Assembly: GCA_002633005.1 (NCBI GenBank)
Contig: NMRA01000111.1
Span: 400,866 to 464,865 of the forward strand
Direction of reading: 5' to 3'
DNA from: Phoronis australis
Lineage: Eukaryota; Animalia; Phoronida
Length of the DNA stretch: 64,000 nt
Shown here: positions 1 through 13,039 of the stretch, in pieces
Layout: every line of letters begins with the position of its first letter
How positions within the stretch are numbered: position 1 is the first letter of the stretch
Position numbers and translations under genes: made by a program
Notes under the pieces: generated by a model
Told to the model about the DNA's origin: nothing
The model's input: the letters and a program-made list of their open reading frames with translations, nothing else
Databases searched by the model: none

Positions 1-80
1 CTTAAAAATGTATATCTCAGTTAGGGAAAATAATAACCTGCACCAGTTCAAATTATTAGATGATACATAGTTTGACCTAC

Positions 81-110
81 CTTCAGTTGTAGTCACAAGC
101 GGAGGTATGG
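81..110 (-). CDS. 30-nt linker micro-exon, (T)IPPLVTTTE
   Basis: tgtgcttcag|CCATACCTCCGCTTGTGACTACAACTGAAG|gtaggt; phase 1-1, Pro/Thr-rich; donor flank resembles that of the micro-exon at 4269-4280. Confidence 0.75.
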
Positions 111-279
111 CTGAAGCACAGCAATATCAGTTAAGCGTACTTTATATATGGGACAAAGGGAAACGTCTTTAAGATTAACGACTGTCTATAAAGATAAATT
201 CTGTTTCACCTTGAGAGTTAAACATCAAAATGGGAGCTGAAGCAAGTGAGTTGAAACAACAAATGGTTCAAAGTGCCAC

Positions 280-280
<1 letters not shown>

Positions 281-320
<40 letters not shown>
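281..320. repeat. (AC)20 microsatellite
   Basis: Direct reading. Confidence 0.98.
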
Positions 321-322
<2 letters not shown>

Positions 323-805
323 CAAACTACAAGTGTTTAGTGATACACGATGTGTTCAAATGTCATTTTGATCGCATAAAAATGTAGCGTGCTTACACAC
401 AAACTTAAAAATCAGCATAAAACATTATCTTTGCCAAATAACCATGACAAAGCATGAAATTGTCTTTCGTTGAATAACAAGCCAGCAGGCAAGCAAGACA
501 AACATACATTCCGCGAAGTTAAAACACACGTCGCTACAAAGTTACATACTTGGTTCCTGCCAAATGCCAAAGGCAAAATTTGTTGATTTCTTTGTCATTT
601 AGTTTGAAATATAGAGGCATGATTTATTTGTCAATGGCATTTTAGCTAGCTACATGTCCAAATCAACACCCATTAGCAGAAAATCTTTAAAGATAGCGGT
701 TAACTTGTATGAATATGTCAAGGTGTCGATGCCTTTGTGACGAACTTGTATAAGTTCTGTAATGTATATAATTTAACAATTTTAAAATGCATGTGGCTAA
801 CTTAC

Positions 806-919
806 TGGGTGCAGTACATAATCCGCAGAATTTAGGGCAGTTGTGTCTGGCCCATGCCTCGTCACCAGTGCATTTAGATCTGCCGTAGGAAGAGCAATTT
901 GTCTTCAAGTCTTTGCAGC
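806..919 (-). CDS. ShKT exon 8: CKDLKTNCSSYGRSKCTGDEAWARHNCPKFCGLCTAP
   Basis: Six-Cys ShK pattern ending CxxxCxxC; acceptor caag|, donor |gtaagt; 114 nt, phase 1-1. Confidence 0.88.
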
Positions 920-1258
920 CTTGTTTGAAACAAATGGAAGCATTTGTTTAATTGCAGTTCCATTCCAACTTAATTGTCGCAAGGACAGTACATAAAATTC
1001 ACGCGACAAACTACTGTGAAAAGATCTCGAGCTAACAAGTCATGCCACTTTTGTCGTCATTGTCACCTTGGTCGTCACAAAGTTAGCACAAAGTTTTGTC
1101 TTGAAGTGAATTAATGGTTACGGTTAGTTGGTAAGAATAAAAGAGTCCGTGGCTATCGTGAAATTTGTTGCGTTCGGCAACCTGCCTAATTTCTGACAAA
1201 TGTTAAAAAGGCCGCAGGGCCAGATTTCCGCTAATTAAAAAGTAGAAAATGATGCAAT

Positions 1259-2045
1259 TACAATGTCATCTTTTGTCCGGTTTCACCTCGAGGCAGTTCT
1301 GGGTGTAACGTATCCCATTCGAAAAAACACTGTCGGGACGTTTTTGTCTGTTGCAACGAACATTTCATATTTGCGTTTCCGCTTAGACCGAGACGTCCAG
1401 CTTCTTATCTGCAAGTTCCACTATTTCACTCTCGAATGTTGACCGTGACAACTATGCAACATCGTGTTTCAAATAAAACTGTCCCTTTGTTATGATTATT
1501 ATATTATATTGATAGTCAGCTTTCTCTCCTAACATAACAATCACAAACATTTTTACAATATCTTTTGTTTCCGGTAACGTGAACTACGTGTACCAGGATC
1601 ACTAATTTACATTCTTACGGAAGCCTTTCAGGAATGCGAAANATATCCTAGATCCGCCACTGTACAATGTCATCTTTTGTCCGGTTTCACCTCGAGGCAG
1701 TTCTGGGTGTAACGTATCCCATTCGAAAAAACACTGTCGGTACGTTTTTGTCTGTTGCGACGAACATTTCATATTTGCGTTTCCGCTTAGACCGAGACGT
1801 CCAGCTTCTTATCTGCAAGTTCCACTATTTCACTCTCGAATGTTGACCGTGACAACTATGCAACATCGTGTTTCAAATAAAACTGTCCCTTTGTTATGAT
1901 TATTATATTATATTGATAGTCAGCTTTCTCTCCTAACATAACAATCACAAACATTTTTACAATATCTTTTGTTTCCGGTAACGTGAACTACGTGTACCAG
2001 GATCACTAATTTACATTCTTACGGAAGCCTTTCAGGAATGCGAAA
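1259..2045. repeat. 383-bp near-identical direct duplication (1259-1641 and 1663-2045) around a single N; probable haplotype/assembly duplication
   Basis: Two substitutions seen between copies (cgggacg/cggtacg, gcaacg/gcgacg); N at 1642. Confidence 0.85.
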
Positions 2046-3275
2046 CAATAATTATCCATAAATTAATTGTAAACCTTTTTCTTCAGCTAAATCATACACC
2101 ATGCAGTGGTGATGAAGGGCTTTGCAATGGCATGACTCTCATGCAATTCCGAGGAAAAACGGCGGAGTTGCAAAAAGTTTTAGTGACAACAAGAACCAAC
2201 CCCGGAACAAAGGTATGAAAAACAAATCACTAACTCGCATTCAAATCGCCACCTCAGCAGATCCAAGTTGGCGTTGCATGACTAGAGTTCCACGATGAAA
2301 CAATGTCTGTTTTAGTCCGGCTTCATGAAGTTTTCTAACACAAAACACACGAATTAAAATCGAAATCGGCCTAAGCTAAGACCAAAACTTAGTCTGATAC
2401 GCAATAGGCTTAAGGTAGCAATTTGGTTATTATTATTACATTTACGAATGTCATCACCACTGAGGAGCAAATTTCGCGTTTAGATAACACAATGTAATGT
2501 CTGATAAATGTCACTAGGACTTGAGAAATGGTACATCCATACAAGCGTCTCCGTACATAAAATTCTACCAAACCTGGTTTTAGCCTAGCAACAAGTGCAA
2601 AGAACAACTAAGAATATTTTACGTTTGTCAAAATAATTATGGCAAAGCATCATAAGACTCGTCTTTCGTTGAATAACAAGCAAGCAGGCAAACAAGGCAA
2701 ACATACATTCCGCAAAGTTACATACTTGGTTCCTGCCAAAGAAAAAATTGGAAAAGACAAAATTTGTTGATTTCTCTGTCATTGTATTTCAAAAATGTAG
2801 AAGCATGATTCATTTGCCAATGGCATTTTAGCTATTTACATGTCAAAACAACGCGTTGAGAATTTCGTTTAGAATCACCCATAATTCTGGAAATCTGGCT
2901 TTAAAACTGCAGTTTTGAACATCAAAATAGAATCCGCAATACATCCGATGAACCAACACATGATATGGCTGAGACCTGTGAGGAGAATTATAGTGGACAG
3001 CCGGTTCTTAAATCGCAATGAGAGTGCTCAAGGAGAGAAGCTACGTGAGTGCGATTTCTAGAACATTGCACATAGTAGGACTGTTATCCATTGGATTATT
3101 TTCAAAAGGAAATGGTCTGATATTCACCCAGAAATTCTTTCACAAGTTCATGCAGTGTATAATTTGTATGAACATGAAGAGATGTCGACGCATTCAAATT
3201 TGATCTTGCCTTTGTGACAAATTGTATTACGTATACACATTTACTACAATTTTAAAATGCATGTGGCTAACTTAC

Positions 3276-3380
3276 AGTATCCGCAGAATTTGGGGCAGTT
3301 GCGTCTGGCCCATGGCTCATATGCGCCAGTGCATTTAGATCTGTCGTAGGAAGAGCAATCTGTCTTCAAGTCTTTACAGC
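3276..3380 (-). CDS. ShKT exon 7: (G)CKDLKTDCSSYDRSKCTGAYEPWARRNCPKFCGY, with the sixth Cys codon split by the intron
   Basis: Acceptor ccag|, donor T|gtaagt; 105 nt, phase 1-1; close paralog of 806-919 including flanking intron. Confidence 0.88.
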
Positions 3381-4268
3381 CTGGTTTCAAACATATCGAA
3401 GCATTCATTTTACTGCATATGCATTCCAACTTAATTGACACAAGCACAATACATAACATAAGGGAACAGAGGGATGAAAAACAAATCACTCGCATTCAAG
3501 TAGCCACCTCAGCAGATGCAAAACACAAGAATTAAAATCGAAATCAGCCTAAGCTAAAACTAAAACCTAGTCTGATACGCAATAGGCTTAAGGTAGCATT
3601 CTGGCAATTATTATTACATTTACGGATGCCATCACCACTGAGGAATGTTTAGATTTCACAATCAAATGTCTGTGATAAATGTTACTAAGACACGAGAAAT
3701 AATACATTCATACAAGTGTCTCAGCACATAAAATTCTGCCAGACCTGGCTTTAGCCTATCAATAGATGCTATGAACAACTATGAAATTTGCGTTTGTCAA
3801 AACAATTATGACAAGGCATCATTAGACTTGTCTTTCATTAAACAAGAAGCAAACAGTTAAGCAAGACAAACATACTTTGCGACAGATTAACATAGTACGA
3901 TAATTTTCATTTCCATTAAAACTCACACCCCTACAAGGTTACACACTTGGCTTCCGCCAAATAAAAATGCAGGCAACAACGTTTGTTGATTTCTTTGTCC
4001 TTTTATTTGTAATCTGGAAGCACGATTGCGTTCATTTGTAAATGGCTTTTTGCTGGTGGCATGTCTAAAGACAACAACCTCAATGTTGAGAAAGTCGCCA
4101 AAACATTTTGGCCTTAACTAGAAGTTTTTTTAGATAAAAGTCTCATTTTGTGAAAGGTGTACTATGTGTGTGTACCTGTGGGACGTGTGTTAGACCACCC
4201 TCACTTATTATAGAAAACAATAACTCGCATCTTTCAACTTTGGCAATATGGCACACAGTTTGACCTAC

Positions 4269-4280
4269 CTTCAGATGTGT
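4269..4280 (-). CDS. 12-nt linker micro-exon, (H)TSE
   Basis: gtcgtttttcag|ACACATCTGAAG|gtaggtcaaac; same 3' end and donor flank as micro-exon 81-110. Confidence 0.65.
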
Positions 4281-4387
4281 CTGAAAAACGACAATATTGT
4301 TACATAAGGAGAACGAAGGAACAGATGTCCATTTAATCACAATCATTTCATCGACGGTGTTGCACGTCAAACTAGAAACCGCAGCAT

Positions 4388-7300
4388 TAGGCCACCGTTC
4401 ATTCGACTCTATGAAGCCTAGAAAATCACTTCTGTGGCCACTTTTTGGGGGCAAGATAACTTTGGTGTTTTTAAGGTCATTAAGTAGTATACTTTAAGAA
4501 TCTAAAAAGTTCCCAAGATTGACTTGCACGTTTTCGAGAAATTTGACCACAAAAATCTGACACAGAAAACCAATCTTCAAAAACCAACAGCACTAGACAA
4601 AAACTGAATGATAATCTGATTGGGTTTTGTTCATTTGAAGTTATTGAACAAGGAAAGTGATAAATATGACGTTAGGTGGAGAATTGCTCAAAAAAGAAAA
4701 AAAAAATTGCAGCGCCTCCTGTTGGCCAGAAAACATATTACTGTATTCTGAACTCCTAAAAAAAGAACTATACAGTTAACCATTTGCAACTTGATAAAGA
4801 TCATCACAACCTACATGTGAACACCATACATTTCCAATGCTTCTGCAGCAAATTTTCTGTCATCAATTTCATTAATTGTCATAATGAATTAGCATTATAC
4901 CACATTTCAGTTCACTGTCAACTGTTACAGGGAACGACACACCGAGCAGTGTCAGTCATGAGAATGATAACATGTTGTCCATGTTTTCCATTAGGTTGAA
5001 AGTTTAAAGTTCTTTAACAACATATACACTTATTATGTTTCTTCATCCACTCCACCATCATTTGTATCATCATTATTGTCATTGTTGTTTTTTTGACTGA
5101 GACACCGTGTTCACACAGTCTGAACAGTCATACAACTTAGAACATGGCATGCCTGACTCCAAACAAGAGCACAATTTTTACTACAACCACTTCTTTTACA
5201 CTTGCCATTAACATTTTTCATGGCATTTTCTGGGGCTAAAGGCAGAGTCATCCAGTGGAGCAACAGACTACCCCGCTCCAAAAGCCACCCATTAGCAACT
5301 GGAGATGGTGCACTGACATGCTGTTGCAAGACTCGTTTGTGAATGGAACTCTGGTAGTTTACTCTTTTAGCATGTAGCAGCAAACAATCATTATGAGGAG
5401 GCATATCACATATTTCAACATGAATATGTGGTAGCGTGCTTTATTAACTGTTGATGACTCGCCGTACAGCTTGCATACAATCGGTTCAATGTCTTCCATG
5501 AGTTAACCAGGAAACACAAATTTTGAGCCAAACTCTAATGACAAAGACAAAGTTAAAAACAATCTCTGCAAGCCTGCACCCTACCCAAAATAAAAAAAAA
5601 GTTTTGACAACATGAATACCGTTTCATCTAAACACCTTGTTACACTAATCCTATTTATCTGAAATAGATAGCCAAAATAGTCTTCACTTTAGCACACAGT
5701 ATGGCCAACAACTGAATTTTCATTTTGTCTAAATGCTCAGCAAAAATAAGCATTAAGAGAAATGAGCATGATTACTAGCATTGATTGTACTGTGCAGCTG
5801 CCTCCAAACAATTTAAAACATAGAAACATTTTCATCATCCCTAACGCAGTAGTTCAGCCTTTGAAAAATAGAGGAATGGTCGTGTTGGCAATAGTTTTTG
5901 TTTAAAATTGAAGTGTCTTCTTTACCGTAGAGCTATAATTTCATTTGACGCTTCCTGTTTAAAATAGCACATAATTGGAAGAATAGAAATTGTCCTTTGC
6001 CAAAACTCCAATTAAAGAATCTTCAAAATGTGAGATACTGAAATCGGTGCAACATTTGAATTTTCAAGATAAATAAATTACAGAACACAGGTAATATTTC
6101 CATTTTTATATTTCTCAAATTCCAAACACTGCTCATAATTTTACATAAAAGGATCTCAAAATAGGCTTAGAAGTTCATAAAAAGCGGTGCTGATCACTCA
6201 CATGTAGGTAAAAACTACTGCCAGTACATTTGAGATTGAGACCACTATTACTACAACTTTATCAAGCAAAATAATTTTTGTTCTCTAATCTAAACTAAAG
6301 ATTATTTACAATAAATAACACCTTTTCAAATTAAGAATAGGTAGGCTTATTTACAACTGAATTTTTGGAACTGGGATTGGTTTTCTACTTTTCTTTTGTT
6401 TGTGAAGTTCTCCTTTGATGAAATTCGATTTGTGGCAAATGGTTCATTGTAGTGGCAAGACATATACGATATATTTCTTTAAGCACTGTTAAATGTACAT
6501 GTAACTGACAGAGACAATCTTCTTAATTTTCTAGTGGGCTCAACATTATTTCCATCATCAGCTTGGTCTTTTTCTTTTTAAAGAGCTCTTTCAACTTTTG
6601 TTACACTTGTTAAGTGTCTGAAACACTGCTTGTGATAGAAGCATGCACACACCAAGTCTAAAATGGGGAGCTCGAGTTTTTGAGAATGTGGACATTTATT
6701 AAGATTCACGGGGTACTTCAGTGCTACTAATTGTGCGTTCGTTGAATTTTGGTAGGTCCTACCTATTTAGTGAACTTTTTCTCATTTTCTACTTTTTCGG
6801 AGTTTTTGTTTCTTTCAGGCAAACCTTTTTACCCACTTTACCAAATGGGGGAGGCTCATTCAAGCCCCCGAGCCCCCCATCCCCGGATGCGCACATGACA
6901 AGAGCTCTGTTTTTTCACAAACACTTAAAAACTTATCAGCAATGATACTTCTCTTGCAATCACTGTTGATACGTTTGTTTGCAGTAGATTTACAGCAGGT
7001 AATATCTGAAAATTCCAGCTCAGGAATTTGAGCAGAAGCTGACACACAAAATGATTCAGGAATGTTCCAAGAATTGTTTCAGTACGACACTCGTGGCCAC
7101 ATAATTTGGTTTTCCACAATTCCTAACTGCTGCCTGCTGGTTTTTGAGCCTTGGCCCTTTGTAATTGCCTATTACTTGCACACCCATCCAAGAATTAACA
7201 CTATCCTATGTAGTCAGTAGCTGTAAACGAGCTAGCTAAGCCAGCCGGATAACATCAGCTGACTGTCTTCTGATGAAGGTTTTGATGCCAAGCAGACGAC

Positions 7301-7573
7301 TTATGAAGGGGAAAGGTGTGGACACAACATTTTCCTGGACTTTGATTGGCTGTTCGGATCATTTTGCACTGACACCTGGTGGCTAACATATTAGATGAGG
7401 TAATATTTTTTCCAACTTTTAAATTAAAATTCTTACTGAACGTGCAAGTGTATTCTTGGGAACTTTTTTGAAATGACTTTTGAACATCTGTAGATGGGTT
7501 TATTGTAAATTTCCCGTTTCCCCCAGAAAGTGGCCACGGAGGTGAAAGATAGGAGAGCTGGGACTATGGCCTA
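4388..7573 (-). mobile_element. Academ DNA transposon, internally deleted and decayed
   Basis: Termini TAGGCCA...TGGCCTA; 3-bp TSD CAT (4385-4387, 7574-7576); imperfect subterminal inverted repeats (gtggccacttt.tggggg, aaaaagttcccaaga..acttgcacg); ORF 5111-5404 PPxxDxLxxHxxRxNYQ...GW...W...CKRSGC matches the XPG-like/Cys-rich C-terminus of Academ proteins; DLVCACFYHKQC near 6620-6658. Confidence 0.85.
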
Positions 7574-7875
7574 CATATCCGCTGTTACAATAAACAAACA
7601 GTGTGATACGCGTTCGCAGGTCTATCGAAGTTGTTAGTAGAAATTCAGAGTTTAGTTGCAATCGTGAGAAAATTTCGGAACATTACGAGTAGTAAGGAAA
7701 CGAATCAAGGGAATTACTTGAAAGTCAATCAAAGCCACGTTCAGAGAGCCAAATTGGTACTTGTGAAAATGCGTAAATAGTATCAATGCTTTCAATCTTT
7801 GCCTTCCTTTTATGACGAAGAAGTACAACGTGAATTATAATAAAACAATTCTCGAGTACAAGCGCACTAACTTAC

Positions 7876-7992
7876 GGAGTGGAGCACAATACCCGCAGTA
7901 TAGGGGACAATTAATTCTAGCCCATGGCTCGTATGTACCAACGCATGAAGTTACAGGGTAGTGAGGGCAGGTTGTCTTGTCTTCACAGATTG
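7876..7992 (-). CDS. ShKT exon 6: (A)ICEDKTTCPHYPVTSCVGTYEPWARINCPLYCGYCAPL
   Basis: Six Cys; ttccacag| and |gtaagt; 117 nt, phase 1-1. Confidence 0.9.
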
Positions 7993-10015
7993 CTGTGGAA
8001 CGAAAAGATACGTCAATTTTACAGTACGGTTTCATCCAAGAAGTAAAGGATTTTAGACATAACAAAATTGATTGAACATGTATTCGCTTTGCTTTCTTTC
8101 AAAATCGTCCAAAAATAAAGAACCAATTTAGGACCTTACATTATACCTACCATTTACGAAGAACCCACCATGTCAGATTTGTCTAATCTCCTCTCTGCTG
8201 TACAGCCAGTAGAAGTTTTCAAAATGAACTATACTACAATTAACAATGCTCTGTGGACGTAGGAAAAATTCTTGAAGGAATTTGCAGACCTTTCCAGGTT
8301 GAGACAAAATTTTACAAAAAATGTTGTTCATTTGTAAAGTTGTTCTCTTTTCGTTAAAACAATAGTTTGTTGGTCACAGGCATTTTAGCCGTCATCACCG
8401 TCGTCATGGTCATCACTTTAACCATCAATTGTAGCATTTTATTCCGCCAGCATTCAGGTGAACCTTTGAAAGAACCAAGGAGCTGGAGATCCGCGAAGCA
8501 AACAATCAAAACATTGCTATCAATCACCAAAACAACACCTCCCGGGCTATTAACAAGCTTCATCTATTGCACAAGATGATAGGAAACAAATTTGCACCGT
8601 TAAAATACTAATTAAAGAATAGGCATTTGATAAGTTAATATCAAATGTCTCAAAAACGGTAAAAGGGGAATGATATTGCTGGAAGAGGAAGAGAAAACCT
8701 ATCTATATACCAAATTCCAGGAAAATACGTTTTGGGACGCATTATATACAATACGGAAAATCAGTCAATCAAAGTGAAATGCTAGGAAAATCTTGAATGA
8801 CTCTAGAGTATTAACTTTTATCAAAAAAAAACAGTGAAACTGCGCCTGACGCGATTCCTCCACATTAACAATTTCCGAAAGATATTTCAAGGGACACGGG
8901 AAATACATGTAGGGCTCCACAAAGCAAAAAAAAAAAAATCCGAAACGACAGCCACTACGCCATCCTATATTCGAGTTGAACCTAAACACTTGACCTAGAG
9001 CTACTAACGAGCCACTGTTCTGGGGGCGCGTGCCTTGTCGTGGCGTCTTATACTTCTAGAAGGGTCATCTATGTCGGGCAGGTCGAAATATGAGATCAGA
9101 CTAAATGCACCATGTCATGCTGTAAGGTCGATTCGTAATGCGAAAGTTTGCTGTCGCTCTCTCATCGCCCTGGTTGTCTTGAAAAGCCGGATCATGGTAA
9201 TTTAGTCGAAAACATTCCATAGCGTTTTTAATAAGCGACTGAGGGCTTGGTAGCTAACAAATTCTGTTGTACCTTCTTGGGGTTTTTTAGTATCTGTCTC
9301 CAGCCTTGTGATACGGAAAGTACAAAAGTGACCATGTTGGTTTTTGAGTGTTAATCAGTTGCGGCAGACAGTAGAAAAAAAGGACCTGTGCTAGCTAAGA
9401 ATTGTGGGTCAACCGCGATGCACAGAGTTGCGTCTGTGCTAGCGGACTAACCCTTGCGTGGTTAGCCCTCTGAAGTAGCGAGGGTCTGGTCATAGAGGTT
9501 GACTCGCTAAAGCTTGGCTTTTAGGCTGGGGGTTTCCCCTCTTCTTGACAAAAACGGGGGAGTGAGCTGTCGGACATAGTGATGGATCATATGTTAAGTT
9601 CATGATGAGGAAAGGTCAAGTAGTTGGGCCTTTGTTGCCACGTAATCAGTGAGGTGAACGCGGAGACGGCCGTGTCGAATCTAAGCATGTGTCTCAACCT
9701 GGATTATCAGAGTTTTTCGGTCCCTGCTGGTCGGGGTTCAACAGACCAGACTCAAGCACGATTGAATGTGGCTACGGCTGCGGACGTTCGGACGCTTACT
9801 CAGGAGTGAAATGTGCTTCTGCTGCGTCTTCTGTTGCTAAAAAAGAAGCCGATGTCGCATCTGCCCAAGAATCTGGAATTTCAGACACATTCTCATGGCA
9901 CCAACCACTCTAGTGGGTCTGACGTCTCCATCCCATGGTCAAGTCACTTTGAGCCACCTAAGATGGACATGTCTGGTTTTTGAGCACAACAGAGGATTGC
10001 CTAAAGTGAACTTAC

Positions 10016-10027
10016 CGTGAGCGTGTA
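10016..10027 (-). CDS. Candidate 12-nt linker micro-exon, (V)HAH
   Basis: ttctgttcttttaaaatcag|TACACGCTCACG|gtaagt; strong splice sites, frame-preserving. Confidence 0.5.
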
Positions 10028-10739
10028 CTGATTTTAAAAGAACAGAAACGCGCACAGGTGTGCACGCATGGATGTCAGTCGTCCATCAGTCCACAATCAA
10101 AGCGGCCACTGGATGAACAACATTTTTACATATTTGACGATCAGGTTCAATTCAAAATTTGAAAATGGCTACACCTTACTGTACTTTGCTTGCAACTAAA
10201 CTGAAATAACAAATAACAGAATAGTAAACCTCAATTTTCTGTCTCTTGGCCGATTTTAAGGCATTCACACCGCACTAATTTTCTGGGAGCTCTGTCGTTG
10301 CTATGGAGCTTACTTAGGTCACAGAGCTAGACTTTTATTCCTAGGTAGAGAAATTTACTTCTCGACCCTCTTGTTACCCTTTGGTGTAGCCACCACGCGC
10401 GTGGTTTATGAATAACACAAAACCTCCTTTTATCGTTTGCACGATCCTGTCATCTACACGTCAAACAAATGCACTCGGGGAAGTTGGCCGGGTACAGCCC
10501 GATGCCACGTGAAGCACTCTGAATCAAATTCAAAATTATTACTAACTTAGTTATTGATACCAATTTTGTTGTTTTCCATTGATATCATATGTTTAACGGA
10601 TATGCTGGCGCTTGTCCTTATCAGCGGGGGATAGGTTCGATCGAACCCCCCGAAGCCCCCTGGCTACGGTCCAGCATCATATTTTTATATCAATAAATGG
10701 AAAGTGGTTTCAAGTTTTTGGTGCCACAGGCTCGACTGA

Positions 10740-12290
10740 ACGGCAATTACGATGCAGCGGGGTTCAGACAATGTGGAATATTTTGTAAAGATTTTTTGGT
10801 ATCCATTTCTGACTGCTGGCCCACAAGGACGGCGATGCGACGAGTCGGACGGACGTTTTCACTGTTTAATCTTGGATCTTGATTCTAAATACCTCTTTTA
10901 GCGTATCTAGGATGTGGTATTTTCAACACATTTAGCCAAAATTTTACACATGTGACATAGTACTTGAAGAGAGCGTATAAATTCCACATTCACCCAATGC
11001 AGCACATTTGAGCACGATTTTCCAACCGCGTGACCAATTTTATAAATTTGGACATATACATTTTCAAGCCATTCATATACTTTGAATCCCCAGATGTCCG
11101 CATAGTTGGCACAGCAATGGTAATTCCGTGCACTGGTTACTAATTTTAGAGACAGACATAGCAACTTTATTAACTTAACGTTTTAGTCGCTTTGGACCAA
11201 AATAATCTTGGTGTATAAATATTCCAAGATCTTTATATTGGTAGACAACCTCTACTAATTGATTTCCATAATACCACTTCTCATACGCTCTGAGCGGTCC
11301 GCCGTTTCTAAAAGCAACGATTTCCGTTTTTCAGATTTAAAATCATGCCCAAATAAGAGCAATTATCATAAAGGCAGTTTAACTTTGTAAATTAATTTGA
11401 GTGCTCGAACACAGAACCATATCATCAACATACGACAGAGTTTTGACTTCCGGCGCATAGTCATTGATATAAACCCCTTCAATGGTTTGGGAATTATCTA
11501 GGACTTCGATAAATAATAATGGGCTGATTTTACACCCTTGTCTGGTGCCGAAAGAACAGCAAAAATGTCAGTTAACCCTTCTCAAGTCCTTACACATGAA
11601 CGTGATTTGATGTACACATATTTCAGGACTTTAAGTACGTTACCGTGGATACCATTTTTTGTCATCTATACCCAAGTAGCATGTGAGGAACTCTGTCAAA
11701 CGCCTTCAAATAGTCGACAAAAGCACAATAAAAACGGCCCCCGCGCTTAGTCATATATTTTTGGCAAATGGCCTAAAGCATAAATATTTGGCCCAGGTTG
11801 CAATAGCCCTGGCAGTGTACGGTGTGTGATTCACGAGGTTCGTCATTTGCTTCAGCCCAGGTGCTTGGTGAATAGCTTTCTTACTGCTGGCAACATTAAG
11901 ATACGTCTATAATTGTTCTCATCTTCAGTGTTACCCTGTTTAAACATCGGGACAATTATTACGTCACACCAGCCCTGTGGGTAGTGGCCTGTGGCAAGAA
12001 CTCCATTGAAAAGCAGTTCCTCTACAGGAACAAAAGCTACCCTCGTACTCTTCAACATCTCAAAAATAACATAATCAATGCCGGCTGCTTTGCCCTTTAG
12101 AAGATCCAGTATAGCACAGTCAATTTCCACACATGAGAAACAAGTGTTCAAATCAGTGGGTAAATTTTCGTCACAACCATCACAATAATTGTCATGATTT
12201 TCTCGTTGTAACACAGTCGTTCTTGACATAATGTCGATCAATTCTATCCGTTCATTGAACAACAAATTAAAATAAACGTACCGCCGTTCA
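10740..12290 (-). mobile_element. Decayed non-LTR retrotransposon reverse transcriptase fragment (RTE-X-like)
   Basis: ORF 11852-12265 KAAGID...EMLK...YPQGW...IIVPMFKQG...NNYRRI...KLFT; further broken RT motifs downstream; ends approximate. Confidence 0.8.
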
Positions 12291-12333
12291 ATTAAATATT
12301 AACACAGTCCTGTTACATATGAACTGTTCAAAC

Positions 12334-12465
12334 CTGGTGGTGTAGGGGACTTAGAACAATATCCACAGGTCAAAGAGCAATTGTCCCTTGCCCATGGTTC
12401 GTAGCTGCCAACACACGTCCACGAAGGATAAACGTTACAGTCGACGAGTTTGTCTCTACAGTATA
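12334..12465 (-). CDS. ShKT exon 5 (not in the ORF track): (V)YCRDKLVDCNVYPSWTCVGSYEPWARDNCSLTCGYCSKSPTPP
   Basis: Manual translation; ctctgtttatag| and CAG|gtttga; 132 nt, phase 1-1; six Cys. Confidence 0.9.
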
Positions 12466-13039
12466 CTATAAACAGAGAGGCATTACAAACAAGCTGTGAA
12501 TGTCAAAAATCATCATTACTTCGGAAAACAAGAAAATACTTATACGTGTTTGTAGCTAAAAAGAGCTTCTTTGAAAGACAGTACATTACCTAAACTAGAT
12601 GTACTAAGTGATCTTTCCCAAGATCGCTGGGTATTTGACCTGTTGATTCAAATGTTGACAATCACAAGTAGAGAAATCAGAAACCTTTAGAGAACCAAAG
12701 CGACGAACAATCCACACTGTAATTTCACCTTATGACACGATTCAGTCGTCAAGAATTAAAACGTTACCAATATTTCTGAAAGTCTCTGAAAGATTTTTGA
12801 CAGTCTTGCCAAGATTTTCTATCTATATGCCAATATTTTCTAAAACCTTTACCAACGTTTTTCATAATAAACATTCCACCGCTTCACAAAGGTCTTGCGA
12901 ATAGCATTGGAGTCTTGTGCTCTTATTGAAAACGAGAACATAACGTAATTATATGCACGTTTTCACGCTTCAAATTGTTTTCTGTAGTTTTTATTAGGTA
13001 GTGTCCCTATCAACCGGGACACACCGACACTGCAACGCT

